64,000 bases of DNA, taken from positions 4,494,600-4,558,599 of the forward strand of contig NC_134036.1 of the NCBI RefSeq assembly GCF_964204645.1. Direction: 5' to 3'. This document shows positions 39,158-49,992 of the stretch, piece by piece; within the stretch, counting starts at the first letter, position 1, and every line of letters begins with the position of its first letter. The DNA comes from Tubulanus polymorphus (lineage: Eukaryota; Animalia; Nemertea). Under the pieces are notes generated by a model. It saw only the letters and a list, made by a program, of their open reading frames with translations, did no database searches and was not told the DNA's origin. The position numbers and the translations under genes are program-made.

Positions 39158-40792
39158 AATGACCAGAAAAACAAGTTACAAAGCATATTAACTCGCAGGA
39201 TCTAAAATAGAAGCAGTGTGTCAAAACTAAAGATAAACAGAACAAGCAATAAAACATCACGGGGTACCGTAGAAACCACAGCAATTCTAACCAGTTCAGC
39301 GTAAAAACAAATTATGTAAGAGTACCGTTTGTCGAGCCACGTCAGCTGTGTCTTAATATAATTCATGTGACGATAACATAACGCTGCTCAGCGATGTACT
39401 CGGTTTTTTTCTAATTAGATTTTTGACATTTTCTACTTCATGCGCACTCTCACGCTTACTCTTAAATGTTTAACCTCATGGTGCTGAGGGTCCGTGTAAT
39501 ATCTGCCATACTTACTGAACTTGGCCGAAAGGAACTTTAACAAACAAACTCCAAAGCAGTCGACTGATTGGCGCGGTCATTAACGCATCATCGTGTCTTT
39601 TAACTTTTTCGATTTTAGATTCGTGGTAGATAAATTTCATTGTCGAAATCTTGAAAATATATCTAAAGCGGGTTTTGATTTTTTGTTTTTTGATACAAGG
39701 AACAATTTAAAATAAATAACACTTTACTATTCTAAATAACGAGGAGTAATTAGCTGCTGCCTCAACAGCTGGAAAGGTTTTGGCAAGCGATTCGACTTTA
39801 GAGTTTAGTTCATATTTCACGTCAACTCGCTTCGAGCTACCAATTGATTACGTATTACCTAATTGTTAATCGATTCGCCTTAATTGATTAACGCTAATTG
39901 ATAGCCGTTAATTGAGGCGGTGAACGGTGAACGCTGATCTGTCCATCCGCAGACGAGACGTTGATTCGTATACGCTCTGAATTAATTACCGATTAGCGTT
40001 AATTGCTCTAATCAACGGTCATCGGACGTGTTTTGTAGTTTATCCGAATTTATTCACACTTTTTTTCCATCACCTTTTTAAACTCTAAGAAATATATAAG
40101 ACAGGTCCGGCATTGTATTTTCTGTGAACTCGAATGTCTTACAGAACTATTCGACCGATCCAATTTTGATTCGTTCGAAAACTTGCCGGATAGTCCTTGC
40201 AGCTATTATTAGCTATCATAACCTGCTTGCAATCGGCGTCGAGTTGGCGAAATGCGATTATATACGGATTCGCCAGAGTTTCGATAAAGAAAAGCCAGTT
40301 TCGAAAAGCGTCATCATCGCGCGCGTCACTGATAGAAATTAGCGACGTTTCATCGGCGAGTCGTACAGTGGCTGAATTCGACTCCGGATTCCGTCCGGTA
40401 GCAATGGTAAATCTAGAAAACAAGTTTTGAGCGACTAAATTGACTATTTATATATTATATATTGTCTTAGACCGGTCTTAAATCTGAGCCACGACTGCAA
40501 AGTTTTCTTCGAGAGTTTCGCAAATTCTTTCGTACGTTTCGGAAATTCGTAAGTATATTTCGAACGAAAATTCAAAACCTAAGATCTCGCACGCTAATTA
40601 ACGTAACTAATTAGCGATTAACTAATAATATGATAATTAATCGACGACGATGAGCTCGCGCGGATAATTAGTGAACGGTAATCAGCCGTCGACTCGAGAG
40701 CGCGCGGTCCGCGGTGAACGATCATCAGCGCGAATCTCGTCAGGCCCGCGCGTCGCCGATGATTTCGAGTAAAAATGACCGATCTCCGATGG

Positions 40793-40956
40793 TTTATATA
40801 CCGACCGATTGAGATCCGAGCCATCATTGTCCGAAATCCATCGGAACAACGACAACAACAGAACTATTTGAAAGAACGAACGAAAGACGTCAAAACTGGA
40901 TTTTCAACGCGTTGCTACCGAGTTACCCGTTCGCCACGACCTAGACTCGTTGAAAG
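40793..40956 (+). promoter_or_regulatory. TATA + Inr and putative non-coding first exon of the double-TALE homeobox gene
   Basis: TATATA at 40795 and TCATT Inr about 31 nt downstream (A at 40826). An ATG-free stretch ends in the strong donor GAAAG|GTAAGC, and the next acceptor is at 42869. Confidence 0.55.
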
Positions 40957-42874
40957 GTAAGCTACAGAATTTCTTTCTTTCTGTATTCAATTTTAAATAC
41001 TTTACATGAATCGTTTCTCATCGTAGCATCTTCAAAGTTCGGCGTAATCCTTTTTTTTTTCTTCAAATTTGAACGGAACTTTTTCAAACTTTCGACATCG
41101 TTGTTAACCCTTTTGGGGCGAACAATTTCGGGCATTTAACCTAAGATTACCAAACTCAAGTCTCTTAAACATCATATCCTAGAAAAGCTGTTTCAAATTG
41201 TAATACAAAATATTTTTCACTTTTGTTTTTACAAATTTATTTCTAAACTCAAATTTGACCCTTATTTAAAACTATTTAAAACTTCATCGTTCTTAGCTAA
41301 AATGCTCAGATAAGAATTGACATTTGGCGAATATTTTTAGATAATCATCCAACGCGCTTTAAGAGTGATGATTTTGATTTTCATATTGGCTATGAATTCA
41401 TTGTTGCTAGGGGGCTGTAGGGCCGACAACTCTTAATAACGAAGTAACGATAGAATTATTAATCAAGACAAAATTAAACCTGATTAGATACCGAATCTAG
41501 ATACAATCGTTATAACAGTTCACGCCTATCGCGAAATTAGTGATTTGTTCCAACGGCGAAAACCGCTATGTAAACAAACTTTCCAATATTAATAATTGTC
41601 ATGTAACGGACGATGGCCGGAATTTTTGGCAGGCGATTTATTTCCGCGAGTCCGACGAAACAATCTTCTAAAACCGAATTTTCAAATTATATCGATTAAT
41701 TTATTTCGCAATTTTACAAATATCGCTTGATTTCGTAGGGTTTTTTAAAAGCTCCAATAGCTGTCGAATTTTCATTGACAAAAGCGCGTCTAGATTTCGC
41801 CGAACATAGTTAGGGCCAATTACGATTGAAATTACTAATTAAGTGGGTAGAGGTCGTTAGTTTAGGGGCGCGGTACACAAGCCCGACACTAGTTACTAGG
41901 GCCAAATTAGGCGATGAAATCGAATAAGCACTTTGAGATTTTTAATACGGCACGCAGTTACACACTCGGCGCTCACCGACTGTCGGAATAGATCGAAAAG
42001 TTTATAGACCCAAAGCTGTGAAAGTTTAATAAGGGATAACGACATCGATAAACTCAATTTAACGGATTTAAACGCGATAAACGCTCCAAACGATATGGCA
42101 TTATCTAGAAGGTAAAATATATATAATCGAAGCGTTCACGCTTGAATACGTGAAAAAAAGATTCTTAAAATGAAATTTTAAAAGTCAAAAAAATCATTTC
42201 TTGTTATATATAACACGCGCATGTTTCAATTCGAATGCATCGGCTTCAAAATATCATTAATTTTGCTGAATCGAATAAAACCGTTCTTATCGTAACCAAA
42301 AATTACGCAGAAGCATCTTCAATGGCTAATAATTTCAGCGAATTTCTTCAAAGTTTTTCCAGCCTTTTTTCGAAATTTTCAAGCTAACTAAAAAAACTCC
42401 TCAAATCAGTTCTTAATAACTTCTAAACTTCGTGCACATTGTTTCGTATGCTAAACGTTTTACGAATTAAAATCGCGACTAAAAATGCCCGAAATTTATT
42501 CTAGGATAGGAAAGGATAGGATAGTTATCTTGTATAGCGCCTTGTAAATATCTTCTAAATTGTTATCGAAAGTGGTCTTTAGATACGGGGATACGTCTTG
42601 AGCTACATTGAATGCCGCGAGGAAGTCACAGAATCATTATCGTATAGGGGTCGGGACTGGTGCCTTAATTCAAACCCGGGACTCTGAACTAAGATCCAAC
42701 CCCCGATTAAACGCCCATGCTAAACTATAGACATTTTTTACTTCTAAACATGTCGATATTTCACACTAGTTAACAAGTACATGGCAAATTAGCTGAAATC
42801 TATCTTTTAAATCTGTAAGCTTTTTTGATAACGAAATCCTATAATATCCATTGTTTCTTTCAAACGCAGGAGGC

Positions 42875-43144
42875 ATGGTTGCACCGTTATTCGACGATGA
42901 AGATTTCGACTATCAATTCGAGACGACCGATCAGCAGGACCCGAGCGACAATTCGCTGGAAGATCTGCTGCTAGAACAGACGAATAGTTTCTTCGACCAG
43001 TTTTGCCCGAGAATGTCCGACGACGCGTCGATTAGCGCGGTCGGCGGCGCCACCGACACGAGCGACAACAGCGCGGCAAACAGCTCGTCGCCGGCTGGTT
43101 CGAATCCCAAAAACAACGCGCTCATCTCATCGACACCGATTCAG
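42875..43144 (+). CDS. double-TALE homeobox protein, first coding exon (acidic N-terminus)
   Basis: Acceptor TTTCAAACGCAG| at 42869. ATG at 42875 in context GGCATGG gives MVAPLFDDEDFDYQF... Donor CAG|GTAAGA, phase 0. Confidence 0.8.
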
Positions 43145-43459
43145 GTAAGAATAGGAAATGATTAAGTCTTTACCAACTAACGTAATGTCGCTTCATGATG
43201 AAATAGACCTTAATTAAACCATCAAAATCAGTTTACCTACAATATGCTGCGTAAAAAATAAATCATAATCATATCACGTCTTTTCGAGTGTTTTTGATAT
43301 GCTATAACGCATTAACTTAACTGACTAGATCCGAAAAGTAGCCTTGGAGTTGTCATTTGGCAAAGGAATACCCCATTTCGCTACTAATGCATAGCAGCTT
43401 CACCGGGTGAATGAGTGTCATATCGATATAGCTATGTAACGTTTTTCTTATCGTTTCAG

Positions 43460-45451
43460 CAGAAGCAGAAGTCCGTCGATCATCGCGGCGCGCAGATATC
43501 GCCGGCTTCGTCATCGTCACCGGAAAACCGCCGACAATCGTGGAGCGCGAGTTTCATCATCACGCCACCGGACAGCCACCGCACCACCTCGCTGCTCATG
43601 CCCAGCCCGGTGCTCGGCGTCGGCGTTCCGAAATTCACCGTCGCCGTCAAAGCCGACGAAGACGACGACATCGCCGGCTTGCTGATGGATCTGACGCCGT
43701 CCAGCGACGACAACCTGAACGATATCAACCCGACCATCTCGTCGGACATGTCGGACGACGTGTCCAAGAATCTGCCGTCGTTCACCAGCTGCGAGTCGCG
43801 GTCGGCCGACGCTCGCGACAGTTCGACCGATTGCACCGCCGATCGCGGTTCGCTGACGGTCGAAGCTTTGGAACGATTGAAGCGCCACCCGTTGTTCGCC
43901 GATCTGCAAACGACGCTGCTCCGCGACGTCAGCGCCGTTTCGCTGCCGTACACGATACTCGACGTTCCCGCCGAAGTCGAATCCTCGGAACTTTCCGGCG
44001 TCGACGGCTCGTCGGTCGTCAACGAATCCGTCGCTCAGCAAGGCGCCGCCTTGCGGCAGCAGTTCACGGCCGTCCGCGACGCCGGTTACGCCGCCGACGA
44101 ACTGACCGCGCTGGAGAATGCGTACGCGAGAGAAACTGCGCGTCTCGAGACCGATCGCTACCAGGCGCTGAGCGTTAACGTGCACAGCGAAGTCAGCAAA
44201 ACGGCCATCAACCGCTACTACGACGGCGAGCGTTTGGCGTCGATCGAGCGCGTTTGGCGAAGCGTCGAACTTTTCAAGCGTTGCAGCCAATGGCCGACGA
44301 ACACTTTCACCGCCACCGCAACCGCATCGGAATCAAACGCGAACGCGAACTCTTTCGAACAAAAAGTCGAAGACGACGTTTCCGATTTCGTCGTAAAAAC
44401 CGATAATCCGGGACTCGAACTCAACAAAATCGACGCCAGCGATATTATAGCCGCCGCGGCTTGCGAGTCGAACATCATAGCGCAGGCGGCCAGCGAATCG
44501 AACGTATTCGAATTCGACGAGGAATATCTCGAGTTGCCGACGAAAAAACTCGACGAAACTCCGCCCGAACCGACGCGACCGACGCAGCCAGCGATTACGG
44601 CGCCTGCTAGCCAGACGGCTAACGAAGTCGAAACCGAGAGCAATAACGAAAACCAAAACGTCAGCGGTGGCAGCAGCGGCAGCGGTGGCGCAACTAAAAA
44701 GCGATCGCGAACGCTCGACAAACACACGGTCGACATGATGCACAAATGGTACGACGCCAATCTCAGCTACCCGTACCCGAGCGACGAGCAGTGCCGCGTG
44801 TTCATGCGTGCCGGCGGCAACACACTGGCGCAGGTGAAAAAATGGTTCGCCAACCGGCGCGTGCGGTCGTACAACACGCTGTCGTATAACAACAACGTTC
44901 ACCCGGCCAAACTGAAACGCGACATGAAACTGATGCAGGTGCTCAACGGCGACGCCGGCTTCACGGCCAGTAAAAACGTCTGTAACAGTTCCGCTAGTGA
45001 TAGTAAAGAGCAGCGCTATCTGCCGGCCGAAGCGACCAAACTGTTGCTCGAATGGTTCTACAAGAACGCGCACCACCCGTACCCGAGCAAGCTCGAGAAA
45101 GAAGACCTGGCCCGACGCGGCGGGATACAAGTCGTCCAGGTGACGTCGTGGTTCAACAACATGCGCAATCGTCGCACGGCGACGTCATCGTCGCCAGCCG
45201 CCGCGAAACAGCACCAACCGTCTCTCGTCGGCGCCTGTCCGAACGTCGTCGTCAACGGTAACGTATTCGCTTCGCAACAACAACAATACTCGCGGAAACG
45301 ACCGAACCCGTACGAATATCCGAACAATAAAGCGCCGCGTATGGCGATGATGGCGCCGCCTATGAACAATCGTATGCATCGGCAACAGTTTAATCTACAC
45401 CCGTCCGCGATGGTTCTTCAACCGGTTCAACAGTTCTACTTCAATTACTAA
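43460..45451 (+). CDS. double-TALE homeobox protein (spiralian TALE/SPILE-like), last exon; full protein ~753 aa
   Basis: Acceptor TTTCAG|CAG, phase 0. HD1 ~44696-44878 (...WYDANLSYPYPS...QVKKWFANRRVR) and HD2 ~45002-45184 (...WFYKNAHHPYPS...QVTSWFNNMRNR). Both carry the TALE PYP loop extension. Confidence 0.93.
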   Translation, partial: QKQKSVDHRGAQISPASSSSPENRRQSWSASFIITPPDSHRTTSLLMPSPVLGVGVPKFTVAVKADEDDDIAGLLMDLTPSSDDNLNDINPTISSDMSDDVSKNLPSFTSCESRSADARDSSTDCTADRGSLTVEALERLKRHPLFADLQTTLLRDVSAVSLPYTILDVPAEVESSELSGVDGSSVVNESVAQQGAALRQQFTAVRDAGYAADELTALENAYARETARLETDRYQALSVNVHSEVSKTAINRYYDGERLASIERVWRSVELFKRCSQWPTNTFTATATASESNANANSFEQKVEDDVSDFVVKTDNPGLELNKIDASDIIAAAACESNIIAQAASESNVFEFDEEYLELPTKKLDETPPEPTRPTQPAITAPASQTANEVETESNNENQNVSGGSSGSGGATKKRSRTLDKHTVDMMHKWYDANLSYPYPSDEQCRVFMRAGGNTLAQVKKWFANRRVRSYNTLSYNNNVHPAKLKRDMKLMQVLNGDAGFTASKNVCNSSASDSKEQRYLPAEATKLLLEWFYKNAHHPYPSKLEKEDLARRGGIQVVQVTSWFNNMRNRRTATSSSPAAAKQHQPSLVGACPNVVVNGNVFASQQQQYSRKRPNPYEYPNNKAPRMAMMAPPMNNRMHRQQFNLHPSAMVLQPVQQFYFNY

Positions 45452-46380
45452 ACGTTTTCCCTACGATGGAGGCGTTTAAAAATCGGAAACAATTGATTAG
45501 GAAATACTTTAAAACGGTATCCTATGGTGCTATGTACATAAACAATCATCTGTGACTACAGTTGTCATTGTGCTCTATTGTCTGTTAAATGTTTCAATTT
45601 CAGGTCCCTTTATCGCGAACGAGCTAAGTATGAATTTCACCCTGATTTCAAAACTCTCTAGATAAAAGATAACTTTCTCGAAAACCTTTCGATTTTTCGT
45701 CACTTTATTTTCGCCGAGAAAGTTGCTCTTTTATCGCGATACATACGATCTCTTCCTTTTTAACCTTTCGGCCAAAATCTCTTGTATTCGAAGTTGAAAA
45801 ATGACGCGCGCTTAATGCATATTCTTTCGTAGTTTTTTTCTCAGTTATTTTCGAAAAGTTTCGCAACTGAGAAAAAAATATCAAACTCATCACGAATTTC
45901 ACGGGCTTTCGATACTTTTTATTTAGTCGGGGAAAATATACAATGCAATGAGCAAGAATTCATTTAGCAGTAAGCAATAATAATGCAAGCTCTTAGATCG
46001 ATGATATCAAAAAAGAGAAACTAATTTTTGTCTAGGAAACGTCTTAACGGTAAAATAAAATTCTTGAATGTAAATTTGTAATATAGGCGGTAAAATAATG
46101 TAAAGTATTACGCTGTTGTGTACATAGTAATGATAAATAAACTACCAGTATTTATAAACTAGAATTCTGAATCATTTTTAGTTAATTTCTGTCGGGGCCG
46201 ACTAGAGAGGTGACTAATTGTCGTTTAATCGCTGATTCAGGATAAGTTATCCGGAAAACTGCAATTGTGACCGAAAACGTCCACAATGGACCGCAATGCC
46301 TACGGAAAGGAAAACCTCACCCGGCTGAGTTGAGCAAAAACGAGTTCCTTTTTTTTGAATAATCTCGGTTTCCTAAAATT

Positions 46381-47553
46381 TCAACCGAATAACTTAGTGA
46401 ACTGCTTTCTGAAAATTCTCATCGTTGCGATGTAAATGAAAAAGTTGATGCAGTAAACGACTTGACGAAGATTAACCAACAATCTTTCCAAATCGAACCA
46501 TAAAATCCCTCTCAAGAAATTACCATAAATTGTACCAGGTTTCTGGCCAGTGTACAAGCTGCGTGGCAGAAAATATAGTAATCGACAAACAGCGTGAGGG
46601 AAAACCAGTACAATATAAACTATAACTACGACTAGCAGAGTTTTACTGGCTGAAGATTTCTGAGTACGATCAGTTTTAGTTCTGAGCGGATACGCGGATT
46701 TCTTAGCGCGCGATACAGCAGTTAACACTGACGCGATAACAATAACCACCGCGGCAAATATATCTTGAACGAACACATTGCCAACATTAATCATTCTTCC
46801 CATTCGGGAAATGCTGCTTCGAGAATATAGACGGGATATCATTTTCGGAGTACCACACACCGGCCGATACGAGGTTTCGTTGTATCTGCGACGTTCTTTG
46901 AAGCGAACATCACTATAAAAAACAATACTAAACATCTGTACTGCGTACGCCGACAAAACCAAAACACCTACTGCCACTTTACGCCGAGTGGCGCTAAAAT
47001 GTTGCATATGAAAGAAAGGAAAACGAATAGAAACAAATCTTTCGAAAGCGATCACCAGAACTATGTAGTTAGATATCGTTACGGCTTCTTCTAAGATGAG
47101 TTTACTCGATAAACACTGCGGAACCCATTGTCTGGGAACAAAGTGAAAATAGTAATAAATATAATGAATATTTGGACATTGTTTTTTTAAATTTGCGAAA
47201 GACATGTAACTCACACTGCAACGGTGCACCCTAAGAAGTAAGAGAAAAACTATCAGAGAATGGGGGAAAAACAAAATCACATTATACAGCACGACAATCT
47301 GATCGCAGACAGCTAGAGTTATGAGATAGGGGAACGTAAAACGAACCGACTGATACCTTCTACATTTGATCAGTAAAATAATCGTCAGAAAGTTAAACAC
47401 GCTGCCCAGCGGGTATATGAACACCATCCTGATGTCATGGTTGAAAGAACTGATAATTCTCAAGTATGTTACAAACCTGTAAGTCCACGGTAGTTCGACG
47501 AATGAGAAAATCCGCCGAGTCGTCGTGGCGTGGATCCCGGTGAGATTATTCAT
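46381..47553 (-). CDS. intronless rhodopsin-like GPCR (FMRFamide-receptor/Srw-like), copy A1, intact, 390 aa
   Basis: Seven hydrophobic segments, TM1 N, TM2 LAVCD, ERF at the DRY position, FP in ICL2, P in TM6, TM7 INFFIY and helix 8 FRKQF. First ATG at 47553. Confidence 0.88.
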   Translation of the reverse strand: MNNLTGIHATTTRRIFSFVELPWTYRFVTYLRIISSFNHDIRMVFIYPLGSVFNFLTIILLIKCRRYQSVRFTFPYLITLAVCDQIVVLYNVILFFPHSLIVFLLLLRVHRCSVSYMSFANLKKQCPNIHYIYYYFHFVPRQWVPQCLSSKLILEEAVTISNYIVLVIAFERFVSIRFPFFHMQHFSATRRKVAVGVLVLSAYAVQMFSIVFYSDVRFKERRRYNETSYRPVCGTPKMISRLYSRSSISRMGRMINVGNVFVQDIFAAVVIVIASVLTAVSRAKKSAYPLRTKTDRTQKSSASKTLLVVVIVYIVLVFPHAVCRLLYFLPRSLYTGQKPGTIYGNFLRGILWFDLERLLVNLRQVVYCINFFIYIATMRIFRKQFTKLFG

Positions 47554-48473
47554 CACAAAACACAGACTTCGCAGTGAAAGATCGGAGATACTGAACTGAA
47601 AGTGATTTCTACCTCTCCCGCTGCTGGGCAGGGCACGACTCACAGACCTATACTTATTTCCATAGACAGTCTAGGTTACGAGTGAATCGTAATCACAACA
47701 TTTTCATACATGCACAGATCTAAAAATATCCGCTTTCACGAACCAACGAAAGCACTGCGAAATATGTTAATACAAAACTGTTGTCTACTGTCAGTAACGT
47801 CAGCGGCTGATGTGAAGTACCAAATCAATCCCCATCGGAACTGCGCCGTCGATTTCGAAAACTCAGACACCAGGACAACACTCCCGTCTGTGTGATCAGC
47901 GTTTCGAAATGTGCCTTTTTCGTATAGGATCGAACGATGAATAGGACCTCTCTTGCAACGTTATTCGCCCTGAGAAAAAAACATCGCGAATACGGTACTC
48001 GATGGAACGCTAAACGGGCAGTAACGGTGTTCGTTTCCCTTGGGCCCTCTAGCTATTACCAAATCTAGATGTAAGATGCTTGGATGTGAGACCGGAGAAT
48101 GAACCGGGACTTACGATCTCAAACTATCGAATAACGAGTTTATTCGACCTACCATCAAACGAAATATCACTATTACTTCGATGAAGCGTTTGAAATAAAA
48201 AATACAACGGTGACCCCTGTTCCGTTCTCTGCCGCATGTGGCGGGTACATGTCCGATAACTAAATAGAGATCAAACCAATCAATCAATTAACCAAATCAA
48301 AAGCGGGAAAATCTTCCCCAATTTTCGATCTGTGCATCATAATGATGATAATGTGTCTTCGATAGCGTTAAATCCAGCAAAGCTGCTCAGAGCACTTTAC
48401 ATTTTATTATATAATAATAATTACCCCAGCTATTTTTGGTATTTCTACCCAAGCCGTTCAATACTCCAACATG

Positions 48474-48640
48474 TATTAGTCATCTCTCCCTGGGGTGAAG
48501 TTATATCAGAGCAGCGACTAGGCGTTCGGGGGTCATCTATCGGACCAGGTACCCATTTTCTCCTGGGTGGTTAGAGACAATGGGGATTAGTGTCTTGCCC
48601 GAGGACACTACGGTAATGTACTGTTTCGAACCCACGACCT
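48474..48640 (-). mobile_element. tRNA-derived SINE copy
   Basis: GTGTCCTCGGGCAAGACACT...CACCCAGGAGAAAATGGGTACC, homologous to 16782-16980. Confidence 0.7.
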
Positions 48641-48867
48641 TTGTTTTACCAATGTTCTTAAGAAATTATCCCTGAAAATGCATCCAACCATTGGCTAGAA
48701 TAATTTTCGGTGATTCGTATCTATTTCACATGTTTTACTTTAAAAAGGCGGATCTGTTTTTCTATTTTTAGAAATACCGCGACGACGTCTCCTAACGACT
48801 AATGATATAATCGTGCTACGGCGTCTTGAAATTAGGACATCGGATAACTAAATAGAGATCAAACCAA

Positions 48868-49992
48868 TCAATCAATCAACCAAATCAACCTCTTTGTAAT
48901 CGTCAACATCGCTTTCAGTTGATTTCGAAAGCGACGCCTCGAAGCGCAATAGATGACAAAATTACTAGATGCTACGATCATTCTGATTATGTTTATAATT
49001 TGGTTTAATATTATTGATAAGGAGCCATTACCAAGTTTTCCGATGAGAGTAAGAATAAGATTTTGTATCGATGCTCTGAGATCAAAAGCTTTTTTCAGTA
49101 AATAGAAACATGAAATGAGAATTAACGTCATAGTTAAACTACGGCCACTGCTGCTGCTGTTAGAAGTTTGATTATTTGTAGACATGGTTTTTCTCGCTGC
49201 TCCTACGCGTCTCAACGTGAAAATCAATCGGATAGTTATCAGAACTACTATCACTGTCGGGATTATAATAAATAAAGGAGCGCGGACAAAAACTTCATAA
49301 TATCTCAAATACATGTTCTTAGCAAATAGCGTCAATCTCTGAGTCCATCTCTCTTGTCCAGTGCACGGATTAATGGAACGACTTGTATAATATTTGTAAT
49401 AATTTCTAGACTCATCAAAGACTGGAATGGCCACAACTAAAGTGACATACATATATGCTTTCTTCATATGTATGATTCTGACAGCCTTCAGGGGCCAACA
49501 AACGACGATGTATCTGTCTATAGCTATTAACAATGTTATCAGATCACTGATGTTAGAAAACAAAAGTCGAATGTTTTGAGTGTATGAATACATGCGCTTC
49601 ATAGAGTGATTTATTTCAGCAGTCATGTCCAGTAACAGCGTGTGACTGTAGAGCCGATAATGAAAGTCAAATACGCCAAAAGACAAACAAATTAACATGT
49701 CCGAAACAGCCAAACATCTCAAATAGAATATACTGGTGTTGTTTGAGCGTTCTTTACAGAGAATTATAAAAGACAGTAGATTTGTACAGAAACCGAAGAT
49801 GGCGATGCTGAAAATGACGTAAGTCGTGATCTGTAGATACAGATTCACGTGAAACGGTTTGTAATCGGAGTGATGGATGTATTTACATCGTGGATTAGGT
49901 TTAAACCCTGCCTTCTCGATGGTGGTTGTCGGGTCCGATCCGTTTTGGTCGTGAAACTTGGCACCAACCGATACATTTTCTGAAGCTATCAT
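48868..49992 (-). CDS. intronless rhodopsin-like GPCR (FMRFamide-receptor-like), unrelated subfamily, ~374 aa
   Basis: GFCTN (TM1), LAVSD (TM2), DRYIVVCWPLKA, TM5 IIP, SSNFVIYC and RFR helix 8. N-terminal N-glycosylation sequons NVS and NGS. Confidence 0.9.
   Translation of the reverse strand: MIASENVSVGAKFHDQNGSDPTTTIEKAGFKPNPRCKYIHHSDYKPFHVNLYLQITTYVIFSIAIFGFCTNLLSFIILCKERSNNTSIFYLRCLAVSDMLICLSFGVFDFHYRLYSHTLLLDMTAEINHSMKRMYSYTQNIRLLFSNISDLITLLIAIDRYIVVCWPLKAVRIIHMKKAYMYVTLVVAIPVFDESRNYYKYYTSRSINPCTGQERWTQRLTLFAKNMYLRYYEVFVRAPLFIIIPTVIVVLITIRLIFTLRRVGAARKTMSTNNQTSNSSSSGRSLTMTLILISCFYLLKKAFDLRASIQNLILTLIGKLGNGSLSIILNQIINIIRMIVASSNFVIYCASRRRFRNQLKAMLTITKRLIWLID

Noticed and set aside
43480-45385. 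Long antisense and alternative-frame ORFs over the homeobox exon (similarly 7852-8811 and 34988-35307)
   Set aside because: Shadows of biased codon usage in real genes.
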